A DNA stretch of 64,000 bases from contig NC_091475.1 in NCBI RefSeq assembly GCF_036971445.1, positions 53,010,001 through 53,074,000 on the forward strand. The letters are read 5' to 3'. The number at the start of each line of letters is the position of its first letter. The first letter of the stretch is position 1. The position numbers and the translations under genes were made by a program. This DNA is from Narcine bancroftii. Lineage: Eukaryota. Shown piece after piece: positions 25,994-40,423 of the stretch. A model generated the notes under the pieces. The model worked only from the letters and a program-made list of their open reading frames with translations, was not told the DNA's origin and made no database searches.

Positions 25994-26443
25994 TATCATT
26001 TGTTACTATCTTATGGAGTTTTGACATGTTTTAAGATTTTTTTTAATTTGACTGATACTTTATAAACGCAATATCAAAGAGGCTCAGATTACTTGATAAC
26101 CTTGTGCAGTGTGGAGGGACAGCTGGTTCAGCCCTCTGCATCTGAAAAGGTAGCTCTGGGCAAGGCTGGTGGATACTGACACTGAACCCAGACACCAAAC
26201 TGTGACCAGTGCTATTTGGCCCGTTATTAAAGTTTTGATAAATAAATACATATTAAAGGTGGATTATGGTTATTTATAGAGTTTGGTTATTATTATTGTA
26301 AAAAGACAGCATTATAGAGACTATTTGCTGATTTCTAAATCAACTCATATACTCAAGATGAAAGCAACTGTCACAATTATGTTGTGAGGATGGACCCAAG
26401 GCCATTAAAGTAGACAAACCCTGAATGGGAATGCTGTGCCAAT

Positions 26444-27187
26444 AGGCCCTTTCAAGCAAAGAAAAAAACCTGACTGTAAAGGTGGAGATTCTTAACCCTT
26501 ACATCGCGAGACTTACCTTTTTCAATATGCTGTGTCCGGCTCCGAGTCGCCAACTGCAATCCTTCTCGGGGAAGTATAATCAGCAGAACGCTGTGCTCTG
26601 CTGCCCCATATGAATGTACAGCTGTTACATTAAAGGCGGTGTTGATGATGCCATCAGTCCACGACTCATCTCCCCACTCACCCCTCTCCCTCCATGACCC
26701 CCTCAAGGCAGGGGCAGTCAGCAGGTGCCATCGGGGTACAGGCAGCCGGCGGGAGCTGTTAGGCAGTGGGGACCATCAGGGCAGGGGCTGTCAGCGGGGG
26801 CCGTTGGGGCAGGGATCATCAGTGGGTGGCCGGTGTGGGCTGTGACAACCTTCGGGGCCACACTCTGCGGCTCAAAAGACACAAATGTCTTCCCTACCCA
26901 TAATCCCCCACGCAGCTGGAACTGTTCTGGGAAAAACATAGCGGTTCTAGCTAAGTGGGGGATTATGGGTAGGGAAGACGGCCATTGCTTTGCCACGCAT
27001 TTATGACAGGTGGCGCTGCAGCATCAGTCGCCCTGCCTCTATCAGACCCGGAGGCACTATGAGGTGCCGCTTCACATGAATGCGATGCAGGAGCAGCCTT
27101 TTAGGGCTGTTCATTGAAAAGTAAGTATATGTTTTCCCTTCGTGCTTATAGCCGGCTTCCAGGTGGATGTCTGGAATGAAAAGGCCT
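26444..27187. mobile_element. PIF/Harbinger-like MITE (family C), copy 2
   Basis: TIR aggccctttca / tgaaaaggcct with 3-bp TSD aat / aat; internal hairpin at about 26887-26980. Confidence 0.8.
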
Positions 27188-27819
27188 AATATTAAAAAAT
27201 GTTTCATTACCTCTGTCATTAAAGATGCAGCTCATTCCAAAATTTATATCTGATGTCTCCAAAGATTTTACTTGAGGATCATACAAAGTTACCTGCTTAC
27301 TTCTCTAAAAAATGCATGAAGCACTGGAAATCTGACTTTCTGCTCAAAACCCAAGTGATGGCAAGTCCTTGCGTTTGAGATTTTGTGAGCTTTTTGTCAA
27401 AGCAAAATAAGTTGATGGAGTTTTTATGAAAGAATAATGTTGAGTACATGCAGGGTGACCGAATCTTTGGACCTGAAATAAACATAAATGTCAACATCTC
27501 TGTTAAAATGTCAGAATAAACGAGCATATCAGGAGAAATGAGAAGTCTGCCAATTTAGTAACTTGCCTTGTACCTGTTGGGAAGGTGGAGTTGAAATTGG
27601 CCAGGCTAAAATTCTTGCACTGACATTTTAAAAAAGCTTTGAAAGCATACCCGTCCTGCTCCTTATCTTGCTTCCATGTTGATTGTTCAGTTTTCTCTCC
27701 TTTGACTTGGGAAAAAAGTCACTCTTCTCCTGGGATCATTTTTTTTTAAAGTTTAGGTCCTCATTTTAATGTCAATCTTACATTTTTGAGATGACTATCC
27801 AATTGTTGTCACAGATGTA

Positions 27820-27991
27820 GAAATTTTTTTGAATATTTAATGTTCAAAAACCATCAACAAATCAACTTGCACACAGAGTATGTGTTAATCCCATGTGCTC
27901 ACTTCCCTCCCTACCTCCATCCCCTATATAATTGATGAAGCAATCAATAAACATTAATACAGAATCAATTAACTACCCTTCCCTGTAAACG

Positions 27992-28024
<33 letters not shown>

Positions 28025-28160
28025 TATGTCTGCATCTTCTACTTTGCAAGTGGGAAAATTAGTCAAACTGGGTACCAATATAACTCAAATAAGGTTTCCA
28101 TATTGAAACAAATGTGTCATAATTCTTTCTTGTATTGTAAGTGATCTTCTCTAGGATGTT
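27820..28160 (-). mobile_element. L1-clade LINE 3' end containing a (CA)n tract
   Basis: Minus-strand LEKITYNTRKNYDTFVSIWKPYLSY, typical of the fish L1 ORF2 C-terminus; (CA)n at about 27994-28023. Confidence 0.65.
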
Positions 28161-29094
28161 ACTATGTGTTATATCAGATGAAATGTGATTGGGTTCAGAA
28201 AAGATTCCTCACATTGAGAATCATTATGTGTGATTAATTACTTTTTTGCATCAGTGAGGAGAAAAACATTTACTTGTGTGCAAGGAGTCAAGGCCAGGAA
28301 TAGATTATACTCAGCATGTGTGGCTCGGCTTGTTTAAAAAGGCATTCACTCATAATTTTTTGTCACATTGCAACATGAAATGCCAGGTTTGTTGGGGATG
28401 TTGCTTCATGGAAAGTTGGAGAACGGAAGGGGCAATACAACTGAAAACAAAACAATCTAGGGGCAGCAGAGTGTAATTAAAGCAGAGCTTTAGTGATTTC
28501 CATTTAGATGGGGAGACAACTAAATTATGCATTGCAAGCAGATGTGAAAGATTTAAGCATTAGAACTGGGAGGAAAACATCCATTCTTTGCAAATTAAAA
28601 AAGGAACCTTGTGCTTTTCACTATTTGTAAAGATTTGCCATCTGTATTTCATGAGCAATTTGGAAAGATGCATTCTGGTTTCACGTGCAAAATACACAGT
28701 GGATAAGTGGAACAGACTGGTTTAAGTTCTCTGAAGTAGTATTTTTACACAGCCTTTCACCAATTGTAATTCATGCGAAACAAATTTTAATTAGTCAAAC
28801 CACTATTAACTATTCAAAGTTTCTATATCGAAGGAAGTAACTATGAATAGAAAATAAACTCAGATCAGAAACATTATGAACATTTAATGAGCATTGTTCT
28901 GTCTTGCATGTCCCTGTATATAACTCAGTATCTGTGGTGAGGTGGTGTGTTGCTGACGTGGCCATGAATTGTGAGCACAAGAGAAGCCCTAAGGTTCTCA
29001 ACACCATCCCAAATGCTCCTTTAAGTTGATCTGCCATGAGCTCATGATGCCTAAGTGTTAGTGGGGATGTTGCACTTTTTTTAATTTCAATTTT

Positions 29095-29340
29095 TTTTAA
29101 TTTATGTATACAGCACGGTAACAGAGCAATTCAGCCCTACGAGTCCATGCCGCCAAATTTACACCCATTGACCTACACCCTCGTATGTTCTTGAAGGGTA
29201 GGAGGAAACCAGGGCCCCCGGAGAAAGCACACGCACTCATGGGGAGAACTCTTTACAGACAGCGTGGGATTTAACTCAGGTCTGCCGTGATCGCTGGCGC
29301 TGTTCAGGCGTGAGCTAACTGCTGCGCCAACTGTGCCACC
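29095..29340 (-). mobile_element. V-SINE (tRNA head, V core, CR1 tail)
   Basis: Homologous to the copies at 30025, 33374, 35300 and 51464. Confidence 0.85.
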
Positions 29341-30024
29341 CAAGGAAGCTTTGAGCACATTCTTGAATTTTTACTCTGTCTGCATGCTCATAACCTCCAA
29401 TAGTATTGCTCAGAATGGGGTATCTGTTTCAGAAATCTAGGGAATGTGAAGGCACCTGCCAGTGCAATGTAGCTCGTGGTGAATAATTATCACCCTACTA
29501 CTGAGGACATTGGTCTGGGAGAGAATGCTGATGTTAGTTTGCTATTCCTCTAAACAATTTGAAGGATTTTATGCAGACAGTATTATCAGTAATGTTATTA
29601 TTGCTGAGTTACCCGAATTATGGGCAGTCCATAGACTGCATGCTTTGTTCCAATGTGTCAGTTGATGATATTCAAATATTCCTTTACTCACTTGACCAAA
29701 TTCATTGCTGGTGAGTTGCAGCATCTGTCATTGCTGTCAGGGAGCTGCAGATAGATTGGAAGTAGACTACGTTAAAATTATTGTCAAATGGCCATGTGGT
29801 GCAGGTTGGAGGTGGACCTTTTACTTGCAGATGTTGAATGCAAGGCCAGTTCCCTGGTATTCTTTGGCGATGGGTTGATGATATCAAGGAGCTTTTTGTT
29901 TCAGCATATGCACGTGTGAGTATCGTCCCCTTGTTGGGAAAAACGGATCTTTCCCTGCATTCAGCACAAATTATTGTCATTCTTGTACAAGGTGTTGCTG
30001 TAAAAACAGCCTGTATTCTTTGAT

Positions 30025-30277
30025 TTAAATTTTTTTTTACATAAAATATGGTAACAGGCAATTTCAGCCCACGAGCTCGTGCTGCCCAATTACACCCACT
30101 TGACCTCCAACCCCAGCTATGTTTCGAATGGAGGAAGGAATCTGGAGCCTCCGGAGGAATTGCGTGCAGACATGGGAAGAACGTAAAACTCCTCACAGAC
30201 AGCGCAGGATTCAAATCCTGGTTTCAATCGCTGGCACTTTAATAGTGTTGCGCTAACCGCATCGCTAATCATTCTGT
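30025..30277 (-). mobile_element. V-SINE
   Basis: Reverse of gcggttagcgcaacactatt..gatttgaatcc..gtctgtgaggagtttacgttcttcccatgtctgc. Confidence 0.85.
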
Positions 30278-30284
30278 CCTAGAG

Positions 30285-30392
30285 ATGATACTTTATCTTT
30301 GCTATATAAAGGACATTGTTTGACCTGCTGAGTTTCTCCAACATTGTCTTTTTACTTCAACCACGACATCTGCAGACTTTCATGATTTATTT
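30285..30392 (+). mobile_element. Penelope-like terminal repeat fragment
   Basis: atctttgctatataaaggacattgtttgacctgctgagtttctccaacatt..tctgcagactt. Confidence 0.65.
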
Positions 30393-31990
30393 CCATGCTT
30401 CTAATTACCTTGCCATAGATTTGAAATCTTTTACAAATAATAAGAAATTATAAAACACTTATAATTTTAGAAAACAGTTGCTGTCATAAACTAACTATTT
30501 TGTGCTTCAGCAATACTCCCTGGCTGATGGGACCTTTTCGGAGCAAATATTGGAGTCTGTATATGAGGAGAATGCTCAGAGACTAATCTTTCCAAGCCAC
30601 ATATCTTTTGCATAATTTGCATTCGTTTGACAGCTTTGAGCTTTACGAGGAAAGGATAATGATACAAGCAACACTAACTGCTTTTATTGAAAAATAAATT
30701 CTGCAAGTGAATCTGAGCTGCCAGATTGAACATTGAACAAGCGTTACATCATTTGCTTTTGAAAGGTAGCTTGGAGTTCAAGATTAAATTGTTGGAGCAC
30801 AGATTACTTTCTAGCCTTTAGAGCACACAATATTATGCACTATTGGAATAAGAAATATTATACCACTAAGAATCATCGGCATTACTTGATGGTTCTTTAT
30901 TAAATAGAAATAAAATTATTACTCACCTTACAGTACCTTGGTAGTTTGGAATCTTTGAGTTATTTATGAAGGGACAACAATTCATTTTGCAAACTGATTA
31001 TATTGCATACTTCCTCATTATTGCCCTAAATGGACCTTGATTATGATCTCACCACTGCATGCTGATATTTCAGTATATATTTGTGGTCAAAATCAGCATT
31101 ACCTGTTATTAACATTAATATCCAAAATGATACCCATGATCAAGTGTTGCTGTGTATCTCCAATAGTTTCTCACGGTGAGAAGATTTTGCACCAACCAAT
31201 ATTTGTCAAGACTACAATTTCTACATCCACAGTAATTTTGTGACTTCCATTCAGTCGTCACTATTTGCCACACCAGACTGAAGGACACTGCAATCAATGC
31301 TAAAAACTCATACCCCAAGACAATTGTTCAAATTGAACCAGAGTCTCCAAGCTCTTGGGCTTTGCCTCTTGTTTGATGTTGCTTACCACTGAAGTATTGT
31401 GGGTTAAGAGATGTATGAGGCCAAGTGATTTGTAACTTTAGTATCTGTTATCATGGAATATGCCTGGGTTCATCTCTTTGAACTGTGGATCTTTGATCAT
31501 GATGGCGATGGAATCACTGTGTCACACTGTTCCTGGTGGAGTAGGTTATAAAGTCCCTGTGTCATTCAGCAAGTTGTAGTTCACTCTGCTGGGACTGAAT
31601 ATAGTTTAACAGCAATTGAACACAAAACTGCTCCAATCCCTAACACCTCCCCACTGGCGTTGCCAAATCTGCCTGAGAGCCCAAGGTCCCTGCTCCAATC
31701 CCAGCCCAGTGGCATCAGCATAAAACAACAACAAAGAACAAGGGAAGGTTTTTCAAGCACGAAAATAAGTTTAATACTTACCTTGAATACACTTGAGTAC
31801 ATGAGAGCTCTGTTGGATTTTAAATAGTGCTAATAGCGCATCAGAGTCCCACTTGAGTATAGTGTGTGTATAAAAAAATTTAAAAAATTTAATCAACTTG
31901 TGACGTCATGTCATCACCAAAAAATTTTCTCAGATAACTGCAAATTTGGTAAAGTGGTTTTCAGATAATGGGAAACGTACTGAGTTTTAT

Positions 31991-31999
31991 ACACACACA

Positions 32000-32078
<79 letters not shown>

Positions 32079-32120
32079 ATATAAATAGATATAGATAGAC
32101 AGAGATGGATAGATAGATAT
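31991..32120. repeat. (CA)n microsatellite followed by a degenerate (GATA)n tract
   Basis: Directly visible; about 43 CA units with one interruption. Confidence 0.97.
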
Positions 32121-33373
32121 AAATTGTGTACGTAACTGCCTTCACTGACCTTCAGGTAGAACCTTGGCATCTGCAGTCATGAAATTGTACCTTCATGTAA
32201 ATTTATGAATTAGAAGTGAAGTTCAACAGTTCGACTGTATAAAGTACTTGTCTGACGTTTAATTATAATGAGAATGATCTCATGTAATGGATCACAGGCC
32301 CTTCATACTTACTGTTTTTAGTGTTGAAAAACAGCAAGCTTCTTACTGGAATGAAAATTTAGTAGTTATTTCCATTATCTTCAACACTGATATTCCATTG
32401 TATTAATTAATTCCTTTCATGCAGAATGTTATTCAACAATCAGTTGATAATTGCAAATCTGTTAAACTGACAGGTTACTTCTCTTGCTTTTAATTTCAAG
32501 CTTCAAATTTTGAGGCAATACTTGTGCAATTCTGTTCATATCTGAGACAATATTAAAGTGAAATATTGAAATATGGAACAAGGGAAGCTACAATCAATGA
32601 ATGTGGATTAGCAATCTATTGTATTGAAGTAAGGATGCCCCATTCATTCAATTAGCAGGTGCAGATTACACATCAGTGGCAATTTAAAGCAATGAAAGCC
32701 TAAGATCAAAAGGTGGTGAATACTTCTGCAAATACAAGTGAAACAACATTCACAATAACGTGGAACTTTATTTGGGTCTGTTTTTTGGACTTGCGATAAT
32801 GCATGCTTTTATAACTTTTCATGAGACCTGCTGCTCTTTTGGTTGTGTTCAGAGCAATGAAAACATACTTTAAATTACGTTGGGTTTAGAAACTTGCTCC
32901 ATAAAATGTTGTAAGCAGTTGTTTCTCTCCATGCTACCTGATGCTGGCTGCCTTCTTGAGTCTGAACGAATGGGAGGTCAGGGTCTGTGATGGACCCTGA
33001 ATGTTTTACATTCAAGTGTTTCAGTCATAGTACACTGTTTAAAACATTTATATGAATATGACTCCAGATTGTCAGTCAATGAGGCTAAATACTATCTATA
33101 TTTAGATCAAATGGTGGAAAGAGGAATTTCGTACAGTGGAAGGTTAACAATCCAAGTTACCAATTGGTAAATGAATGGTTGAAAATGAAAAACAAACAGA
33201 TGACTTTCTGTTATTGTCATAAATCAGAACAGTGATTTTATATCCAAAGTTAATTAACAATAATTCAATGATTTTCTGCCATTGTTTCAATCTCAGTCAT
33301 GTAAACCTTGTAAAAATTTGTGTATATTAATGTCTCAAAATTCTACAGACAAGTTATAAAGAACATAACATAG

Positions 33374-33625
33374 CGGCCACACAGTTCGTGTAGAGGTTAG
33401 CACAATGCTGTTACAGTGCCAATGGCCCAGGTTCGAATCTGACACCGTCTGTAAGGAGTTTGTACGTTCTCTCCGTGTCTGTGTGGGTTTCTGTCGGGTG
33501 CTTCGGTTTCTTCCCACCCTCCAAAACATACCAGGGATTGTAGGTCAAATGAATGTCATTGGGTGGCATGGGCTCATGGACCAGAAGGGCATGATACCAT
33601 GCTGTATATCTAAATTAAATAAATA
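33374..33625 (+). mobile_element. V-SINE, full length
   Basis: B-box ggttcgaatct, core gtttgtacgttctctccgtgtctgtgtgggtttc..cggtttcttcccac, tail ccatgctgtatatctaaat. Confidence 0.88.
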
Positions 33626-33629
33626 AGAG

Positions 33630-34700
33630 GAGGATTAGGCCATCTGGCCTGTCGAGCCTGCTCTGCCATTCAATGAGCACGTGCACAAAAACAGGCCCTT
33701 TGTCCTCTGGTGTCTGCACTGAACATGGTACTCAAATTAACCTAGTGTTCTGCTTCTTTGTGCACCATGCTTGACCCTCTGACCTGCATCTTCATGTGCC
33801 GAACTAAAAGCCTCAAGTGTTGCTTTCCGACCTGCTTCCACTATAACTCTTGGCATCCTGTTTCAGGAACCTAACAATCTGTACAAAAGAACTTGCCCTG
33901 CACATCTTTCGACTTTCCCTGCACCCACCTTTAATGCATATTCTTTTGCATGTGACATTTTTACCCAGGAATAAAAGATTCTGTTTCAGCCCCATATAAT
34001 TTAAAAGTGCCTCTCAGGTCTCCTCAGAGCCTCTAATGCTCTAGGGAAAACAATCCAAGTTCATCTCATCTCTCCACATAGTCTCAGTCCTGCTGATCCA
34101 AGCAGCATCTTGGATCGAGTGGCCATTTCCAATTTTCCAAAAAGGAGGATATGGTCATAGGTTGCCATAGTGTATTTTTAAAAAAATATATTTTTTTATA
34201 AAATTGAAACCATACATATATGGTGTGTGTGTGGTAATCTATGGCCATGTCCTCCTTTTGGAACAGCTACCCAAAAATTCCTGGTAAATATCTTCTGTTC
34301 CCTTTCTAAAGCCTCCACATCCTTCCTGTAATGAGGTGAACAGAATTGCACACAGTACTCCAAGGGCAGCTTAACCAAAGTGTTATGGAGTTGCAACATG
34401 ATTTCTTTAATTTTATTCTGAGTGCCCCCCCCCACCCCCATTGTAGCCATGCACCTTCTTTATCACCCTCTAACTTGCTGGGCACTTTCAAAGAGCTTTG
34501 GACCTGAACTCCCAGATCCCTGTGCTTTTAAGAGACCTCCAATTAACTGTGTACTTTCCCATGACATTCGACCTCCCAAAGTAAATCATCTCCCATATGT
34601 GGATTAAACTCCATCTGCTATTTATCTGCCCGTATCTGCAGCTGACCTTAATACCGTTCTATTCTTTGATAGCCCTTGACACTGTCCACAACACTTATTA
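33630..34700 (-). mobile_element. CR1 LINE 3' portion (fragmented)
   Basis: Minus-strand LHNTLVKLPLEYCVQFCSPHYRKDVEALEREQKIFTR. Confidence 0.85.
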
Positions 34701-35299
34701 ATTCCTGCAGCTGAAATTATGATGGTTCCATTGAGGAGTTGGCACAGTTTCCATATCATCTTGGCATTGAAAACTTGGAGACTATTTCATTGTGAGCTTC
34801 TTTTGATTGGTAATGGCAAGGAAATCCATTTTCTACATGAATGAATTTCAGATGTGCGATCTTCCAATTAACAGGCATTCTGGTTGGTATAGTTAAGAAA
34901 CTAGTTGAGTGTTTCAGATCGGTAGCAGGATGATGGGAAGCCAGACATAGGGGCATCCACTGGAGTTCTGGAAGAGTTGAGGAGGAGCAAATTGTTTGCA
35001 CAGTCTAGTTTATTACGATGCAATATATCCCACCGCCCACTCCCTTCCACTCCCCCCTCCCCTCCCCAAACTCTCCTAATTTTGTGGCCTTAAATTGTAG
35101 ATTTTAGTGTCCCACTCCACTGAAAAAATTATGATTTTCTTTCCATCCAGTCCAGAATGACAAATGTATTAAGTCAGCATTAATTTATTTTGGAATGCAA
35201 GATAAATTGCTCATGCTTGTTTTATAATATATGAAAGCAGCTGTGGGATGTCATGGTTTCTGGGCATACAACACATCTTAAATTAAATTCAAAACTAAA

Positions 35300-35567
35300 T
35301 TTAAATTTGAATTTTTAAAATTTAGACATACAGCATGGTAACAGGTCATTTCAGCCCATAAGCCCACGCTGCCCAATTTCACCCAATTAACCTACAACCC
35401 CCGGTATATTTTGAACGGTGGGAAGAAACCAGAACCTCCAGGGAAAACCCGCGCAGACACGGGGAGAATGTACAAATTAGTTACAGACAGCGCGGGATTC
35501 AAACCTCGGTCCCAATCACTTGTGCTGTAACATCGTTGCGCTAACTGCTACGCTACCCTTGCCGCCC
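35300..35567 (-). mobile_element. V-SINE, full length, relatively young
   Basis: CpG-retaining copy with an (aaattt)n-like tail. Confidence 0.88.
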
Positions 35568-36525
35568 TCTTTGAGAGAAACCATCAAATTAATGACATCT
35601 CATCCATTCAAGTGAACAATAAGGCTGTGTGTTTTCCATCAATTTTGGATATTGCACTAGACTTCACCATCTGCATATTTTTCTTGTTTAACAACAGTTT
35701 TCCCACTTTGATGGTTAATAACAGCAGAAATTCTGCTTCTGGTATAAATTTGATCTCTTCCAAGGGAGACCAATGACACAGCAATAAACAAAAGAAAAAT
35801 CTGAAAAATAAATGGGAGTGAACAAAAAGCTGGTGATTTCAGAATGAAACGAGCCATGTGTTCAATTCATGCAAGAAAGCCATTACCATACATTGTCCAA
35901 AAAAATGAGATGTTAATTAAATATTCTAGGGTTACAGAAGTCATGATTAGCATTTCTTCTGCATTAATTCCCTGCGTGTTATGCACAAAACAGAGTCTCA
36001 GTGAAGGGCATCATGAAAAGTGACTTCAAGATCATCAAATATTCCAAGCAGTTGATGTTCCTTAACTACACAAAAGGTTCTTTGTCATTTTTAATGAATG
36101 TATGCACAGAATGAAAATGGTATTCCGTTCACCATTCAATGTGATATTCTCAGTCTTTATCCTTCTCATACTATAAGTTTTTAAGATAAATTCTTTGAAA
36201 GTTCTTATTAATCTTTCAATGAAAAGTCTCTAACAATTAGTGTTGAATTTGCAGATATTTTAAATAATGTTCTTGAGATACCTCATCAAGCAAGTGGTTT
36301 TGCAGAAAGCGACGAAGTCTTTGAATGCACCAGTTGTTATCCATTGTCCAAAGTGTTTATTTAGTGCCCTGAGCTATGATTTTTCAACATCCATTCCTTC
36401 ACTTGGTGCGCTTCATCGAAACTTACTCTCTTTTAATTTTAAGGTGTGTTCAATTGCATTTTGCATTGACAAATGTAGTCAAGATTAACAGCTCAACATG
36501 ATGCCCAAGGTGTACTGTGTTACCT

Positions 36526-36937
36526 AGCCTTTGAATGTGGTCGAACTGCCGTGTAAAATGGGGTTAACCAGGCAATTTGCCTTGCTAGTGCCCCAGTTAC
36601 GTGGCAGTTAGAAAGGGTCTGACCCAGTCAACCCCTTTGGAATCTAACCAGGTCCTTTACCTACCTCAGAGATAGTCAGACAACCCAGTTAAATTTACCT
36701 GGGTCCTGTCCACAGGCGATTTGAAAACTAAGATGGCCGACCCATTTATTCCAGTGACGTCAGCGCTTGCATCCATGTGTAACCGGGCAGCCAGCATCTG
36801 AACAACTGGCTGTACTTCCGGTCATTGCAGAGGCGATTTAATGGGTAGATTCCCCTGCAATTTAAAAGCACCTTTGCCCTAGTAATCGCCCCCTGGTCCC
36901 AGGAGGGCTACGTAGGTGCTGCAGTTTAAAAGAGGCT
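36526..36937. mobile_element. Non-autonomous DNA transposon (GC-rich, Harbinger-like ends)
   Basis: agcct..aggct termini; right end shared with 25630-25690. Confidence 0.55.
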
Positions 36938-39469
36938 GCTGTCTCTTTGAGGGTTCCAGTCAGTGTTTTTTTGATTGACTTGGTGTGTTTGGAATATTTA
37001 ATATTCACTGGAAGGGTGTCATTTGATCTGCTCAGTTTAAGGGATATTGTTGCATACAAGTGATTGTGGTTTGCTGGCTTTGATAGACTTCAGGAGAATT
37101 ATGAGAAATAACTTAGTCATTGTGACTTCAGTGGTGACGAGTCATTCTGCATGTTTTTATGTTTGCATTTGGCACTACATTCTCTCCTGCACTTTTTGGA
37201 CTCTTTCCAAAGTCACTATGAGTATAGTGACTACCATCCATAAAAAAGCTGCTCGGAAGTTTGATGCGTTAGAACAAGTCCAGTTGAGTTTTAAATGGTT
37301 AATTAATTAACATAAAAAGACTCATTACGTCTGTGGTAACATTCTTGAACTTTGTAACGGCAATGTTCCTGATAATATCATGACATGCTTGCGAACGATA
37401 ATGGTCAATGTGTGACGGTCAACAGGAAATATCGGAGTCCCACTCACTCACCATCTATCCCGCCATTACAGTCAATGAAAGCTAACGACTCTCCAAGCCC
37501 GAAAAGCTCCACACATGCGCCAACAAATTAAGTTAATAGTGTGTGCACACCGGAAGATGCAGAACACGTGCAGCCTCCGGATCCTGGGATGCAGCCGACA
37601 CCCGCAGCCAACCCAACAATGGTAAACAATGTGGAAAGGATTCTTCTCACCTCAAATCTTGTATGATATTTTCAACCATGTGTCCACCAATCCGTCTTAA
37701 CTTAAATTTTGACTTGCAGTTATTTAATGCACTCCTCTGCAGACTTGGCTGTTTGGTCATATCTCATTTGTTGCTACATTTAATAAAGAAAAACTTCAGT
37801 TTCTACAGTCTCTTCAGAACTTGTCAAATCTTGGACTTAGACTAATCTTTATGATGCCAAATTTGAAATGCTGGTTTCCCAAAGTACAATGCAGTGTTTG
37901 AGAGCTTCACAATCCAATGATAATTATAATCCAATGATCTTTAAAACAAAAAGTGATAAATGAGCTTTGTTAATAACTTCTTTATATTTGTCCCTTTATG
38001 AATGATCAATAATTACCATGCTCACTTTGAGAATTCTAATTTTATATTCGATTAAAGACTTTTAAAAACTTTCAAGAAGAAAATGTATGACATGATTCAG
38101 AAAAAAAAAGGTTTTTACCTTGATTTCCTTGTTTAAATGCTTGCGTTGTATTGGTGTTCATTTACAGCGAGAGAGTTAATATTCCAGCACATGCTATTAA
38201 AAGTGTGGAACAAAGCAGTTCACTTTTATGTCAGAGATTATTTGGTTAGATATAGGCAGAAATTCAACATACAGAACACCATTTGAGTTCTCAGATGATG
38301 ATTTTTTTTTAGTTTGGGCAAAACAGAGGGATTGAGTTATTTTTCATATTTGGAATAATCCCTCACTGCGTTGATAGGCAGGTGAATATCAGATCTGGAA
38401 CACCCTCATTCCTTCAGATTCGTGTTGCTGTCATATGGTTATTATGAGCTTAAATCAAAGCAATCAAATCAGTTATTTTGGTAAAACAAGTGAGAAAATT
38501 CCAATCCTCAATCCAGTAACTTGAGTCTCATCCAGAAATAAACATTGGAGTGAACTCTTTTGCCGCGACAATGTGAATGAGTGGCATTTTAGTTATTTTT
38601 GCTCTTGGGTGCAAAGGGTAGCCTGGGTGTGAAAATCAAGTTAAGCTAGCTCTAGCATATCTTTCATGTAAAACGGAGCCAACTTCACTTATCTGCGTGG
38701 AAAGCAAAAAGAAAAACTGCAGATGCTCGAAATCTGAAACACTGAGCAGATGAAACAGTTTACACTACTACATGACAAAGCATCTTGGGCATGAAAAGTG
38801 AATGTTTCTCTTTTTATCAATGTCATTTGACTGGCTGGCTGTCCAGGCATTTTCTGATGTATTCTACCTGATGTCATGTCCATTTCAGACCATGGTTGGC
38901 CTTGAACGTGGAATCAAACTCAAATTTTTTTTCTTTGTTCTATACCTTGATGAATTTCATTCCAGATTCATTTTATTTCCTACTGTTAGGGGTGCCTGGC
39001 AATGCTCATAGTGACTTGTTTACCTTTCTCTGCAGAGAAAAGTTGGAATATACAAGAAATAAATTATCATATATATTATATTTTTAATGTATTATTACCT
39101 GACAATTAAGGAAACCTTTGAAAATGTGATGAAGATGTATCCTCTTTGCTTATATTCTTGCAATGAATATTGAGACATCTTCTTCAGTAAATCGTGCTAC
39201 CTTTGGTAAGGTCATTGAATGACCAGTTAAAATGATAAAGGAAAGAGAACTGAATGCAAATATGTGGGGTTATCAGATGGAAGATTGTGAGGAAACTAAC
39301 ATGTTCCTCACAGCAGTGATGAATGGATTTGGTGAAACCTGTTGCAAACACCCATCAATGTTATTATGTTATGGATCACTCTGTTCATTGTTTATTTCCC
39401 TTTCATTTCTTTTCATCCCACGGATCCTATTCCTCAAAGAAAGATGAAACAACCAACCCTGCAGCACTT

Positions 39470-39995
39470 GCAGTATTTCTTCAATTACTGGTTCACGGCT
39501 TGCCAACGGCTATATGTTGTGAGGTATTTGAGGAAATTCAGTATGCCACCGAAGACTCTCAAAATCTTCTACAGGTGGAGAGCATTTTAGTTGGTTGCAT
39601 CACTGTCTGGTATGAAGGTGCCAACATTCAGGACAAGAAAATATTCCAGAGGGTTGTTGACTCATCCTGTGATATCATGGGCACCAGACTTAACTCCATC
39701 AAGGACATCAACAAGAGGTGGTCTTAAGAAAGCACCTGCTATCCTCAAAGGCTCCCACCTCCGAGGCCGTGCCCTTTTCACTCCGCTACCATCGGGAAAA
39801 AGATACAGGAGCCTAAAGACGAGCACTCAATGACACAAGGACAGCTTCTTCGCTGTTGCCATCAGATTCCTGAATGATCAATGAACCAAAGTCATTGCCT
39901 TACTTTGATTTTTTGTGCTCTTTTTTTTTGTAAGGTGGTTTACACTGTGCTGCCGCAAAACAACAAATTTTGTGACTGGTTCATAGCAATAAAGT
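39470..39995 (+). mobile_element. Rex1/Babar LINE 3' end
   Basis: Peptides LRKFSMPPKTLKIFYR, ESILVGCITVWY and LFTPLPSGKRYRSLKT. Confidence 0.85.
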
Positions 39996-40423
39996 TACAG
40001 TAACAGCCACTTTAGATGTGATTTTTGATCTGTACAGCACTTCGATTAATGTGAGTTTTAAATGTGCAATATAAATAAACTAAAATCTGATTCTGATTCA
40101 GATGAAATTGCAGTTGGAAGCAAATGGTCTTTTTTCTCTTGAAGAATCTCTTTCCATCCTCATAAAACTACTGCGGCTGAATGATGATTGAAAATCATGC
40201 GTGGAAAGTCACCAACATGAATCCTGCTGAACTCTTTGTTCTCACTTTATTTTCACTCTGACTGGATGATTATTTGGTATACCTTGAAAATCTTATTCAT
40301 TTATATTCTGGAAAGGTGATAAATTAAAAGAAGTTCCTCAAGACAGACGTAAAATTAACTTGTGAAACCTATGAAAATCATGCATACAGCCTTTGGCCTG
40401 TATTTCTCTTTTTTTTTTCCTTC

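Noticed and set aside
31770-31815. Minus-strand 28-nt mini-exon (caacag..caag|gtaagt)
   Set aside because: Weak pyrimidine tract, length not a multiple of 3, and no partner exons.
33374-33450. tRNA gene
   Set aside because: The A/B boxes belong to a SINE head followed by the V core and CR1 tail; no full cloverleaf.
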